Positions 57,336 to 64,000 of a stretch of 64,000 nucleotides of DNA are shown here, one piece after another. The position numbers and the translations under genes were made by a program. Origin of the DNA: a bacterium (GTDB lineage Bacteria > Oederibacteriota > Muellerivitia > Muellerivitales > Muellerivitaceae); contig DASZRK010000017.1 in assembly GCA_035549195.1 (NCBI GenBank), positions 384,177 through 448,176 on the forward strand, written 5' to 3'. Below the pieces are notes generated by a model, which saw only the letters and a program-made list of their open reading frames with translations, was not told the origin of the DNA and did no database searches. Within the stretch, counting starts at the first letter, position 1. Every line of letters starts with the position of its first letter.

Positions 57336-58223
57336 TTATCCTACCCCGGAATGGGCATCCCCAAAAGGAACCAGGTCGCGGCCGCAATCCTTGCAGGAAC
57401 CTTCCAGGGACCGGTACGCCACCTCGCAACGGGGGCAATAGCTCCGGTCCTGGGGGCCCGTGGGGGCCATCGGCGCCCATAAGCCGACGGTTTCAAGGCC
57501 GCATTCCTGAAGCCACTGAACGATCGTCCGTTCCTCCCCTTCCCGGTCCTTTTCCAGAAGGAGGGGCACCTCCGCCACGCCCGCCAGGGCCGGTGGATAG
57601 CGAAGTTCCAGCACCCAACGCCGGGCCCAACCCTCGAAGTCCCGGTCCGCCAAAAGCAGTTTCCCCGCCACCAGTGGATGGAAATGATCGAAGAGCGGGT
57701 CGGCCAGGAGGTCCATGGCCCGGGAGGAGAGCCAGGGTGAGACGGCGCAAAGAAGGGTCTTTCGGATGCGCGCCCATTTCTTTTCCGGATAGAGCTTTCC
57801 GAACCCACGCCAGAAGACGACGACCAGGGTCAGGTGAACGAAGAGGAAGGCGAAGGCCCAGAGGCCCCAGGCCAGCCAGAAACCTTTCCGCAGGACGAAC
57901 AGCAGGAAGGCGGTGGCGCCCAGCCCGATCAGGATGCGGGACCAGGACTTAAGGGTCCGGTCGAAGGCCAGGAAATCCTGGTAGCGGTCCTTGGCCTCGG
58001 GGAGGGATAGCCGGGAGGGACCGTTGGGAACAGGCGAGGACGGTGGGAAACGATAGCAGAAGCCCGCCGGCCAAGGGTTGCGCGAGCGCAGGCCCGGTCC
58101 CCGGTGAAGGGTGAAGGCCTTGCCCCAACCCAGCAGGATCCAGCCCGCCTCCCCGGCATAGACCAGGCACTCGGCCAGATAGATGGCCGACGCGAGCACG
58201 ACGAAGATCTGGAAATGGCTCAT
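57336..58223 (-). CDS. hypothetical membrane protein with C-terminal zinc-ribbon (CPRC...CKDC)
   Basis: About 4 TM helices are followed by a cytoplasmic region ending ...CPRCEVAYRSLEGSCKDCGRDLVPF. Confidence 0.5.
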   Translation of the reverse strand: MSHFQIFVVLASAIYLAECLVYAGEAGWILLGWGKAFTLHRGPGLRSRNPWPAGFCYRFPPSSPVPNGPSRLSLPEAKDRYQDFLAFDRTLKSWSRILIGLGATAFLLFVLRKGFWLAWGLWAFAFLFVHLTLVVVFWRGFGKLYPEKKWARIRKTLLCAVSPWLSSRAMDLLADPLFDHFHPLVAGKLLLADRDFEGWARRWVLELRYPPALAGVAEVPLLLEKDREGEERTIVQWLQECGLETVGLWAPMAPTGPQDRSYCPRCEVAYRSLEGSCKDCGRDLVPFGDAHSGVG

Positions 58224-58258
58224 GGCCGGCCTGGAGGAAAAATTCTAAGGATCCGGAC

Positions 58259-59131
58259 CTAGACCTGGGGCGGCGGGGGCGGCGGGTTTTGGTCGTTATC
58301 CTTGCCCTTGCCGCCGCCGAAAATCTTCTTGAAGAAGGCCCCGACCGCGGCCAAGGCCACGATCAGCAGCTTGCCCAGCTTGGCGACCAGTAGGGCGAAG
58401 AAGCCGCCCAGCTTGCCCAGGAGCCCCGTCTTGGCGGCGACCGCCCCGGCGGCGCCCACGACCAGCGCGGCCAGCCCGAACTCGGCCACCTTGTCCCCGG
58501 TCTTCCACTCGGAGTATTTGTTGCCGCTGGTGTAATCGAAGCCATCCAGCGTATGGTTCAAGGGACCCAGCATGGCCTGCCAATCCTCCCCATGGGGCAC
58601 CACGATGACCCGCATGACGCCCTTGCGGCCCAGGATGCGGGTGTTGAAGTTGACGAATTGCTGGCCCTTTTCCTCGATCACTTCGGCCCATTCCAGGCGC
58701 TGGGTGTCCGGGTTGTAATGGGGCTCTTCGGCCCATTTGACCAGGTGCATCTCCTCCCAACCCTTTTTCTTGCGTTCCTCATTGGCGTCCTTCTCGTTCT
58801 CGACCATCTGCTTCCACATGGCGTCCGGGTCCAATTTCTCGTTGGCGGCATCCTTGATGTAGCCCGTGTCCTCGAACGTGAAGAGCGCCATGAAGCCGTT
58901 CTCATCCTTGGTGTAGAGGACACCCAGCTCGTCGCCGGAATAGAGGTTGTGGGTCTTTTCCATGAATTCCTTCATGTCGTCCTTGGGGAAGAACTCGTAG
59001 CCTTCCGGAACCTTGATATCGGCCATGTCGCCGATCCGGCCGGTGGCGGGACCTTGCAGGGGATGGAGTTCGGCGCGCAGGGGGGCGGAAAGGAGGAAGC
59101 AAAGGGATAGGGCGGCCAGGAAGGATTTCAT
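58259..59131 (-). CDS. membrane-anchored protein, DUF2167-like (signal peptide, soluble domain, C-terminal TM helices)
   Basis: Start is ATG at 59131 after AAAGG. Signal peptide MKSFLAALSLCFLLSAPLRA. The C-terminal hydrophobic helices GLAALVVGAAGAVAAK...LLIVALAAVGAFF are followed by a poly-Pro tail. The family call is tentative. Confidence 0.45.
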   Translation of the reverse strand: MKSFLAALSLCFLLSAPLRAELHPLQGPATGRIGDMADIKVPEGYEFFPKDDMKEFMEKTHNLYSGDELGVLYTKDENGFMALFTFEDTGYIKDAANEKLDPDAMWKQMVENEKDANEERKKKGWEEMHLVKWAEEPHYNPDTQRLEWAEVIEEKGQQFVNFNTRILGRKGVMRVIVVPHGEDWQAMLGPLNHTLDGFDYTSGNKYSEWKTGDKVAEFGLAALVVGAAGAVAAKTGLLGKLGGFFALLVAKLGKLLIVALAAVGAFFKKIFGGGKGKDNDQNPPPPPPQV

Positions 59132-59210
59132 GGAATACCTTTCGAATGGGATGGAGCCAGTATAGGAAGGGAGCTTTTCGGGCTCCAAGGAAATAAGCCG
59201 CCCGGGAAGG

Positions 59211-60959
59211 TTAAATCTGGATGATCTTGCGCTTGTGGTCCAGGAAATCCCGGAGCACATATTGGGTCAGCTTCTCGGGGGCGGGGAAGATGAGCCGGCC
59301 CTGGTTGATCTTATGCATGGCCTCCAGGAAATCCCCCTCGCCGAAATAGCCCATATCCACCTCGTTGCCCATCATGAAGGTGTTGATGGTGATGCCCTCG
59401 TCGGTCACGGCCCGGACTTCCCGCAAGGTCCTTTGATAGGTCCGTTCGTTGGGCGGATAGGTGAGGTAAAGATGGGAGCCCTCGTAAAAAGCGGTGGGGG
59501 CGCCGTCGGTGATCAAGAGGATGCTCTTGTTCCTCGTTTCAGCGTTGGCCAAGAGCACCCGGGCTAGTTCCAGGCCCTTCTGCAAGTTGGTGAAATGCTG
59601 GGGGATGGAATCCCGGTCCCGTTGGGTGAGTCCTTTGGAGAAATCGACCCGCATGTTGACCGCGCCGCCCATGATGGAAATGGGCTTGGGGGCGAGCTCG
59701 GGGATGGCCCCCACGGGGATCTGTTTGGCGAAGGTGGAGAAGCACACGAAGTAGAGCTTGTCCTCGGGATATTCGGTGTGGATGAGGGAATCCAGCGCCA
59801 GGGCCAGCTTCTTGGTGTTGTAGAAACGCCCATAGCGGCTCATGGAGCCCGACTGGTCGATCAGCATGACGATGGCCGAGGCCGCGGCGCCCTTGGTCTG
59901 GTGGACCTGGAAATCCCGGCTGTCGATCCTGATGCGGCCGTCCTTCATCCTCTCCGGTGTGCCCATCTGGCGGATGGCGGAATTGAGCAGGCTCCCGGAC
60001 AGGTCCAGCGAGGTCAGGGAATCGCCGAACTCATAGGGGCGGGTGGGGGTCATCTCCACGTTGCCGTCGCCGGTGTAGGTGGCGTGGTGGCGGCCCATCC
60101 CGTCGGTGAAGAGGCGGGAGAAAACCTCCCTTAGGGTCTTCTCGCCGATCTTACGGGCGGCCCCGGGCGTGATCTTATAAATGTCGTTGTCCTCGTCGTA
60201 GTCCACGTCGCCGGTGGCCTGGATGGCTTCGTTGAACTGCTTCTTGAGCTCGTCCCGTTTCGCCTGGAGCGCCTGGGCCGCTTCCTCGCCCAGGATGTCC
60301 TTGAGGGTCTCCGCTTCCATATTGAAGAGATCGCCGTGCTCCAGGGCGTCCTTCAACTGCTGTTCCAACCGGTCCAGGGTCTCCAGGCGTTCCTTCAGGC
60401 GGCGGGACTCCTCGGGGTTCGGGTCCTGTTGGCCGGTGAAGGTGTGTTTTTGGTAAAGGTCCTCCAGCTCGGCCATCTTTTGCCAGAGCAGGTTCAGTTC
60501 TTGGAGCAGGTCCCGGGCGATCTCGGCGTTCTTGTTCTTGAGGCGGGACAACTGCCAGTCCAGGTTGTAGAGCTGGGAAGGGTTTCGGCTGTCCAGGGCC
60601 TCGTCCAGGCGTTTGGCGATGTCCTTATCCTTGAGGCGCGCGACCTGTTGTTCCAGCTCGGCGGATTTGCGGCGGATCTCCTGCTCGAGCCGGTTGAGGA
60701 CGTTGTCCAACCGGTATTTCTCGAGGATCTCTTTCTTCAGGCGCTCGATCTCCTTCAGGTAGCCCTCCACCAGGTCGGTGAGGCCGCTGGTCTTGAGGAA
60801 CTGGTTGTAGGGGATGCCTTTCTCCTGCAGGTGGCGCAGGGCCTCGTCGAAGGTGACGTGGTAGCGCATCATGAGCTCTTTCACCGCGTTCACCAGGTCC
60901 TGCATGGTGAAGGGCGGTTCCTCGGGCTCGTGCCATTCGGAATAGTCGTGGGTTATCAA
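59211..60959 (-). CDS. von Willebrand factor type A (vWA) domain protein with N-terminal coiled-coil region
   Basis: TTG start after AAGGG. About 380 aa rich in heptad-like EK/LQ repeats precede a C-terminal vWA domain carrying the MIDAS motif DQSGSMS ... T ... LITDG. Confidence 0.75.
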   Translation of the reverse strand: MITHDYSEWHEPEEPPFTMQDLVNAVKELMMRYHVTFDEALRHLQEKGIPYNQFLKTSGLTDLVEGYLKEIERLKKEILEKYRLDNVLNRLEQEIRRKSAELEQQVARLKDKDIAKRLDEALDSRNPSQLYNLDWQLSRLKNKNAEIARDLLQELNLLWQKMAELEDLYQKHTFTGQQDPNPEESRRLKERLETLDRLEQQLKDALEHGDLFNMEAETLKDILGEEAAQALQAKRDELKKQFNEAIQATGDVDYDEDNDIYKITPGAARKIGEKTLREVFSRLFTDGMGRHHATYTGDGNVEMTPTRPYEFGDSLTSLDLSGSLLNSAIRQMGTPERMKDGRIRIDSRDFQVHQTKGAAASAIVMLIDQSGSMSRYGRFYNTKKLALALDSLIHTEYPEDKLYFVCFSTFAKQIPVGAIPELAPKPISIMGGAVNMRVDFSKGLTQRDRDSIPQHFTNLQKGLELARVLLANAETRNKSILLITDGAPTAFYEGSHLYLTYPPNERTYQRTLREVRAVTDEGITINTFMMGNEVDMGYFGEGDFLEAMHKINQGRLIFPAPEKLTQYVLRDFLDHKRKIIQI

Positions 60960-60963
60960 GTTA

Positions 60964-61104
60964 AGGCCCTTTCACCACAGAGGGCACAGAGATCGCAGAG
61001 GAAACCATTTTGAGTGAAAGAATTTGATCGTATCGTCCGTTTAGAAAAGGAGTTTGTGAACAAAAGAAGGCCTTTCTCTGTGCTCTCCGTGCTCTCTGTG
61101 GTTA
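60964..61104. repeat. inverted pair of anchor plus triple 9-mer repeats flanking a 70-bp spacer between the ChlI-like ATPase and vWA genes
   Basis: At 60971-61001, TTCACCAC is followed by CCACAGAGG GCACAGAGA TCGCAGAGG. The reverse complement of 61071-61102 is CCACAGAGA GCACGGAGA GCACAGAGA. The two arms match at 22 of 27 positions and the right arm abuts the ATPase stop codon. Confidence 0.7.
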
Positions 61105-62529
61105 GACAGGTTTCTTCTTCGGGGCGGCGGAAGTCTGGTAGTCCATCATCTCCCCCACCTTGTTGCGGGTGAGCTTGCCTGACAAATGCAGGCCTTCCAG
61201 CACGAATTCCACGCAGGAAGCCTGATAGGTCTCGCTCTTGCCCTCGGCCAGGTGCTGGACCGGCTCCCAGATCTGCGGCATCTGGGAGATCATCTTCTTG
61301 TAGTCGCCCGCGGGGGTCAGGTCCGAAACCCGGATGTGCTTCTCACCCGACATGTCGGGGATGGTCAGCTCCAGATGGTCCTTCTCCATGTGCTCCTTGA
61401 AGACGGTCAGGATGGCCTTATCCATGATCTTCTCGAAGACCTGCCGCTCGGTGACGGTCTCTTCCCGGAACGGGTCCAGGTCGATCTTGCCCGCGGAGGA
61501 GGTATAGAGATAGTTCAGGTCCGAGATGCGGGGGACGGCCTCGGCCTCGCCCAAGACCACCGCCCGGCGGCGGGAATTGGCCACCATGGTCTCGAAGTTG
61601 GCGATGGAAAGACGGGCCGAAACCCCCGATTTCTGGTTCACATAGGGGCTCTTACGCGCTTCCATGGTGATCTGCTCGATGATCTCTTCCATAAAGGCGG
61701 GGACCACCAGCTTCGCGTCCCCATCCTTCGGCATGCGGGCTTCCTGATGGATGACCTGAAGGCCCAGTTCCCGGGTCAAGGGGTAGTGGGTCCTGATCTC
61801 GGCCCCGATGCGGTCCTTCAACTGGGTGATGATCTTGCCCGCGCGGGTGTATTCCTCGGGGTTCGCGGTGAAAAGGAGCAACAGGTCCAGGTCGAAGCGG
61901 ATGGGATAACCCCGCACCTGGATGTCGCGTTCTTCCAGGATATTGAAGAGGGCGACCTGCACCAGGTATTCCAGGTCGGGTAGTTCGTTCACGGCGAAGA
62001 TGCCACGGTTCATGCGGGGGATGAGGCCGAAATGGATGGCTTCCTCGCTCGCCAGCGGGTTCCCGGCGGCCACCTTGGCCGGGTCCAGGTCACCGATCAA
62101 GTCGGCGATCTTGGTGCCGGGCGAAAGGCGCTCCCCGTAGCGGGCCTCACGGCCGATCCAGGCGATCTCCAGGTTCTCCCCGTGCTCGGCCAGCTTCTTA
62201 CGGCAGGAGGCGCAGATGGGGTGGTAAGGGTGGTCGTGGATCTCGCATCCCTTCACGACCGGGATCTCCTCGTCCAGGAAGTTCACCAGTGAGCGCATGA
62301 GGCGGCTCTTGGCCTGTCCCTTTTCCCCCAAAAGTACGATGTCGTGGTGGGAAAGGACGGCGTTGATGAGCTGGGGAACGACGGTCTCCTCGAAGCCGTG
62401 GATGCCGGGGAAGAGGGGTTCGCCCTTCTTCAGCTTGGCCAGGAGGTTCGCCTCGATCTCTTCCTTGACCGTGCGGTCGGGGTAGCCGGAGGCGCGGAGT
62501 TCCTTCAAATTAATGGGCTTGGAGGGCAT
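61102..62529 (-). CDS. AAA+ ATPase of the Mg-chelatase ChlI/BchI-like family
   Basis: Walker A is LLGEKGQAKS. A Cys-containing insertion VVKGCEIHDHPYHPICASCRKK mirrors the ChlI insertion. GLIPRMNRGIFAVNELPDL is Walker B and LFTANPEE...LKDRIG is sensor II, both aligning with ChlI blocks. Confidence 0.7.
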   Translation of the reverse strand: MPSKPINLKELRASGYPDRTVKEEIEANLLAKLKKGEPLFPGIHGFEETVVPQLINAVLSHHDIVLLGEKGQAKSRLMRSLVNFLDEEIPVVKGCEIHDHPYHPICASCRKKLAEHGENLEIAWIGREARYGERLSPGTKIADLIGDLDPAKVAAGNPLASEEAIHFGLIPRMNRGIFAVNELPDLEYLVQVALFNILEERDIQVRGYPIRFDLDLLLLFTANPEEYTRAGKIITQLKDRIGAEIRTHYPLTRELGLQVIHQEARMPKDGDAKLVVPAFMEEIIEQITMEARKSPYVNQKSGVSARLSIANFETMVANSRRRAVVLGEAEAVPRISDLNYLYTSSAGKIDLDPFREETVTERQVFEKIMDKAILTVFKEHMEKDHLELTIPDMSGEKHIRVSDLTPAGDYKKMISQMPQIWEPVQHLAEGKSETYQASCVEFVLEGLHLSGKLTRNKVGEMMDYQTSAAPKKKPV

Positions 62530-62597
62530 GGTCTTTCCTTGTTTTGGGAACTAAGCCCTAATCTTACGGTCCCCAAAAGAAAGGAAGCAAGGGCCGC

Positions 62598-64000
62598 TTA
62601 GGGAGCGACGCCCACGGCCCGGTAGACGCGCCAGATACCCGTCAAGGAAGGATGGGCGTTGGAGGGGCAATCGGTGAAATGGCGGAGCCGCAAGCCCCCG
62701 GGCGCCAAAAGATCCACTCCCTGGAGGGCCCGGGTTTCAAGAAGCAGGAGGTTCCCGGATGGCAACGCTTTCGCGGTCCCTTGACCCTGGAGGTAGTAAT
62801 GGTGGAAAGCCCCGCTGAAATAGGAGTAGCCGATGGGGATCCGGTCCCGGCCTTTGGAGACCAACCGCCCGAGGGCGGTCTCGATGCGATGGTAGGGGTC
62901 GTCCGGTACCCCTTCACGGGACCCCAGGCCCAGTTCGGGATGGGAGCGCTCGAGCTGGTCCCAGCCCCAGGTCTCGAAAAGAGTGAAGGAAGGGATCATC
63001 CGGACATCCGGCCGGCGTCCTTCCACGAGCTGGAGGTAGTAAAGCGGGAAATAATCCTCGTCGCCCTCGGCGAAGAAAAGGGAGGCCTTGGGAAGGGAAC
63101 GCAGGAGGTTCGTCCCGTAGTCGTAACGCAAGGTCTGCTTCGTTTCATTCATGAGCCGATAGGCCGTGGCGCCGTTGAAAAGGACCAACAAAGCGAAGAA
63201 CCAAAGGATGTGGGGTTTGGTCGGGCCTTCCTTCAAGCGATCCAGGATCCCAAGTCCCATGGCCGCCAATAAACAGACCAAGGCGTCCGCCGGTAAGAGG
63301 TAATTGTCCATCAGCCAGGCGTGAGGGACGTTCAGTGGGACCCAAAGGGCGACCGTGAAGACGGCCAGCAATGGGACCAAGGGCAAGAACACCAGCACCA
63401 GGATCTTTCGCGCACCCGCTCTCCCGGCCCCAAGGATCGCTAGGACCCCGAAGGCAAGGGCGAGCGGGCCCGGATTGTTCCAGAAATGGACAGGTATATA
63501 AGAGACCTGTTCCTTCCAGATCCTGGTCCAGACCGACCCCAAGACCGCCCACGAGCCGGTGCCGCGCGCGATATCCCAAAGAGAACCCAAGAGGCCGGGT
63601 TCGCGGCCGAAGGTGTAGCCCCGAAAAATGCATTTAAGGAACCGGTCCCAATGGTCGGGATGCCCCAGGTCGGGCAAGGGATCCAAGTGCGCGCGCAATG
63701 GGAGCAGGAGCAAAGGGGAAAGCCCTAGGAACAGGAAAGGCGGTCCGTACGGCGCCCATTCCTTGGGAAGGGCTGTCCTGTCGGCGGGGCCCAAGGGCCA
63801 AAAGAAGACCGCCAGCAGGGGCAGGAAGAGCACTTGGGTCTCCCAATGGTTCGCCAAACCCATGCCGGACAACAGGCAGGCGAGCAGGAACCCCTTGGGG
63901 CCCGGGACGGACAGGCGAACATAGAGGATCCCCAAGAGCAGGACCTCTTGGATCAAATAAATACCCCCTTTGGCGCCTAAGGCTTTTTCCCATTGGGTAT
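62598..64000 (-). CDS. polytopic membrane protein with soluble C-terminal domain (GT-C/DUF2723-like); N-terminus probably beyond window end
   Basis: The ORF has no in-frame stop between the TTG at 63956 and the window edge. Many TM helices are followed by a soluble domain of about 170 aa. Confidence 0.4.
   Translation of the reverse strand, partial: TQWEKALGAKGGIYLIQEVLLLGILYVRLSVPGPKGFLLACLLSGMGLANHWETQVLFLPLLAVFFWPLGPADRTALPKEWAPYGPPFLFLGLSPLLLLPLRAHLDPLPDLGHPDHWDRFLKCIFRGYTFGREPGLLGSLWDIARGTGSWAVLGSVWTRIWKEQVSYIPVHFWNNPGPLALAFGVLAILGAGRAGARKILVLVFLPLVPLLAVFTVALWVPLNVPHAWLMDNYLLPADALVCLLAAMGLGILDRLKEGPTKPHILWFFALLVLFNGATAYRLMNETKQTLRYDYGTNLLRSLPKASLFFAEGDEDYFPLYYLQLVEGRRPDVRMIPSFTLFETWGWDQLERSHPELGLGSREGVPDDPYHRIETALGRLVSKGRDRIPIGYSYFSGAFHHYYLQGQGTAKALPSGNLLLLETRALQGVDLLAPGGLRLRHFTDCPSNAHPSLTGIWRVYRAVGVAP

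Noticed and set aside
1-64000. Looked for tRNA, rRNA, transposase, integrase, phage genes, toxin-antitoxin pairs, restriction-modification genes and CRISPR-cas.
   Set aside because: None was found. The intergenic regions are short, and the only recognisable repeats are the 9-mer family reported above.

Overview
This is a 64-kb high-GC bacterial chromosomal segment, gene-dense on both strands, with no transposase, integrase, CRISPR array or rRNA/tRNA detected. It mixes core energy metabolism with cell-envelope genes. The largest block is a complete 14-gene NADH:quinone oxidoreductase operon, nuoA to nuoN, at 13.7-27.9 kb. Its candidate promoter is preceded by two TGTGA-N6-TCACA (CRP-type) palindromes. 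Other metabolic genes are 6-phosphogluconate dehydrogenase (gnd), pterin-4a-carbinolamine dehydratase, an ABC ATPase with duplicated permease, and a korAB / 4x[4Fe-4S] ferredoxin / TrxR-type FNR / frdCAB island at 31.6-39.6 kb split into three transcription units by strong terminators. Envelope features include a more than 1280-aa fibronectin-III-repeat surface protein with a T9SS-type C-terminal sorting domain, followed directly by a PorV/FadL-like beta-barrel fused to Fn3 domains. A second cargo protein carrying the same C-terminal domain, other beta-barrel OMPs, an orphan type IV pilin and a stand-alone FliG-domain protein also occur. The most system-like unexplained locus is a co-directional minus-strand cluster at 55.6-64.0 kb: GT-C-like membrane protein, ChlI/BchI-like AAA+ ATPase, vWA-domain protein, DUF2167-like membrane-anchored protein, membrane protein with a C-terminal zinc ribbon, and a CHASE3 histidine kinase with no response regulator. 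Independently, the window contains a previously unrecognised family of short intergenic repeats. Each copy is a TTCGAACCAC or TTTCACCAC anchor followed by three tandem 9-mers such as CCACAGAGG-GCACAGAGA-TCACAGAGC. Copies sit inside the nuo operon, between cstA and an MFS gene, and as an inverted pair forming a long hairpin between the ChlI-like ATPase and vWA genes.
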